Assembly (NCBI GenBank): GCA_004764695.1
Contig: SMSO01000032.1
Span: 3,752,483 to 3,816,482 of the forward strand
From: Schizochytrium sp. TIO01
Lineage: Eukaryota; Protista; Bigyra: Labyrinthulomycetes
DNA: 64,000 nt
Direction of reading: 5' to 3'
The position numbers and the translations under genes are program-made. Under the pieces are notes generated by a model. That model was not told the origin of the DNA. It did not search any database and worked only from the letters and a program-made list of their open reading frames with translations. Of this stretch, positions 61,468-64,000 are shown one piece after another (the stretch's first letter is position 1; every line of letters begins with the position of its first letter).

Positions 61468-64000
61468 CTTGCCCTTAACGATAGGTTGCGACTTCTATTA
61501 TCTAAACTTCCTCTCCTCTGAAGATTATTATAACCTGTATTAATCATCATCACGTCAATTTTTGCCCGAATTATTCATTTGTCAGTCAACCGAAAGTCAG
61601 ATCTACATGAACCCTACATATCACAGTCTGCTTAAATATGTGCTGGTGTCCCCTTCGTACATGAATTTCATGCTGGTTTATCCCGAAACAGCCTCGCCAA
61701 ACAAGACTTTGTCTTTGTAGATGCCTCTAGCGTTGGTGCTTCAGGCCATCGAATTGTTGTCCAATAAAACAAGAGGAATCAGCAGTCTAGTTCAAGGACC
61801 TCATTTTGGCGGAGCAAGCCATCCACGCAGGTTGGTGCACATTTGCAACTCGCCGAATGTGGCAAGTCAAAGGGACCCACCAAGATTTAGTTATGTGTAT
61901 CCATCGACTATCTTATCAAAATGGAAAATAATCGAGGTATCCAATCTTGACGAATCTCTACAATTCCAACGATCGAAAGCTGGCTAAGCGGAGAGCCTCC
62001 AGAGCTAGAAAGATGACTTAGGAGCCCCCAGGGCCCCGCCGATGCCAAGACCAGCCCGACACAGTCGGCCGCGGCAGAACGCGACGAGTCTGAGGCAAAG
62101 AAAAGCCAGAAATGGCGAAAAAGGAGTCCATGAGAGGCGCTCACGACCGCCACGCCGCTCGCTGACGGGGCGCTGGAGGATCGAAGGCGCTAACACATGC
62201 AAAATATGATACGTAACGAGATGTTCGGGGGGCTGGTTGCGCAGAGAGACGTACCTCGAGCCTCGCGCGGAGGAGCGTTTGCTGTGCCGACGACGATGAC
62301 AATCTTTGAAAGAGAGAGAGAGAGAGAGATACTATTGACAAAGACAACATGGAACATAGAACAGAACAAAAAAGAACGCTTCTATGCTAAAATATGGAGA
62401 AAAATCAATCGCTATTAAAACATAACAGTATGCGCTTCTAGGATATGTATACGCGATAAGGTAGAAGTCCACGTAGGATCCTTTTTCCTCTTTTCCATGC
62501 TTTTGGTTTCTTATTTTACTCAAGTTGATCTTTGTTGGCTCTAATGATGAGCTGTTGAGGTGTCGTTAGTAGAGAAAAGGCAGCTTTTGATGACGTGAAG
62601 AGGGAAAGATCACAGGGAATCAAGAGATATGAGACGTCCGCTCGCAATAATCAATAACTAATAGCCACTTCGGTACCTGACGATACGTAGTTCTGATCGA
62701 GGCTGTATCTTTCTTTCTTTCTTTCTTTCTTTCCCTCAGCTTCTTCCTCTTTTGATTTTTAGTGATAAATTAAAAATCCCGCAGTGACTTTCCGGTAGAC
62801 TAATGTGAGGGGTGATTGTTTGTCATTTGTGAGGATATTTACAATGGATACTTGCCAGTGGAGACAGAGATAAAGAAATGGTAATTATTGACAGTGCTTT
62901 TCCTCTCAAGATCCACTGAAGCATATTTAGATATAACGTCTAGTGGAACTTTACCAATAATTTGTGATGCTGATGGTATGTTATAATTATATGATCCTAA
63001 TGTGAGAGAGTCAGTGGAGGTAAGAGGTACAACACTGAGGTTAGGTGCTAGAAAGCAGAGTAAAACAGAGTAAAGCACAATACAAATGCTGAGTCGAATA
63101 TTGGATTTCTTCCTTCACGATGATTAATGTTCAAGTGCATCGTGATGGTTGGGAGGCATTTAACTTAAATTTGAGCTGGTAAGTGCAGTACGTGCTCTCA
63201 AAATTTGTCATCAAAAAGCATTACGAAAGCCAGATCGTTCGTTTTGAATGCATCGCGACGCTCATTAAACAATGAAACTATTCCCACAAAATGTCTGGGA
63301 TACGATACCCTTGAGAAATGCTAACCCTTGGTTCTGCTTAAATAACTTACTCGTGTCTGGTAGTTTTTCTGACGAACTGTACTTCATTTGCAATTTTCAG
63401 AATAGGTATACACATTAGCACTATTCTGTGTCGGAGTAATAGTTACCTCAAAACCTGGCCGCATACTAGTTTTAGTGCTGGCGTTCCTTGAAGTTGAGGA
63501 TAACAGAAATGGTGCAAATTCAATACTAAAACTACCTCCTGAAGTTTTTTTTTTAAAGAGGTGAACAAAAATGCAAGTGCGAAACCTAGTTATAATGGTT
63601 ACCAATGAAACTGCATTAAACAGGCAATTAAAAAGTCCCCAACCTAGAGAAATCGTTAATTTATACTGCTTACACTATTAGGAGCTTCACGGGTGCGTTT
63701 TAACATTACTATAAATCTCCTAACCTCTGTGAAGTAAGTTGGGGAGATCGTGCAAGAGAACTAGCTTCTCTGCGCATACGCGTGTGAGAAAAATGTAGGA
63801 TGTACAGTGCTTGTTGGGCATTCTGTTCAAGGTCCCAGCCTGAATCATTGCAAATTCATTCGCATACCTACACGTAAACTACTATGTCCTGTGACATAAT
63901 GTCAGTGCACAGAAATGCCAAAGTGCACCACAAATCACAAGCAACGTCAGGCGGACTGGCTCGTCTACCGATTAACTAATTGCACGACTGCCTGAATTCC

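Noticed and set aside
62839-63605. Short minus-strand ORFs at the right edge
   Set aside because: Non-ATG starts and no recognisable homology.

Overview
Eukaryotic nuclear DNA: intron-poor genes (GT-AG introns of 164-597 nt) separated by long microsatellite-rich intergenic tracts. The style suggests a stramenopile protist, possibly a thraustochytrid (inference only). Recognisable genes: a TPR-like protein, a MORN-repeat protein, UBLCP1, a PH + CCR4/Angel-type EEP fusion, prefoldin 4 (spliced), a membrane-anchored 2xCBM1 protein, a short/branched-chain acyl-CoA dehydrogenase, a prolyl 4-hydroxylase (spliced, with a VHL-beta-like module), a frameshifted AGC-like kinase, a soluble epoxide hydrolase with PTS1, and V-ATPase subunit E (spliced). 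The most unusual feature is at the left end: a head-to-head pair of paralogous, highly atypical superfamily-2 (DEAH, restriction-Res/HsdR-like) helicase genes. The minus-strand copy is missing from the ORF track because it runs off the window. Both copies have an insert-expanded spacing of about 290 aa between Walker A and Walker B. The complete copy has a long C-terminal tail with several CxxC pairs. Each copy is broken by a single-base frame change at a slippery-type sequence, although assembly indels or decay are the simpler explanation. A 3-copy, ~340-bp tandem array at 56.9-57.9 kb carries a hairpin whose loop is inverted between copies. No rRNA, convincing tRNA, CRISPR or intact transposon was seen.
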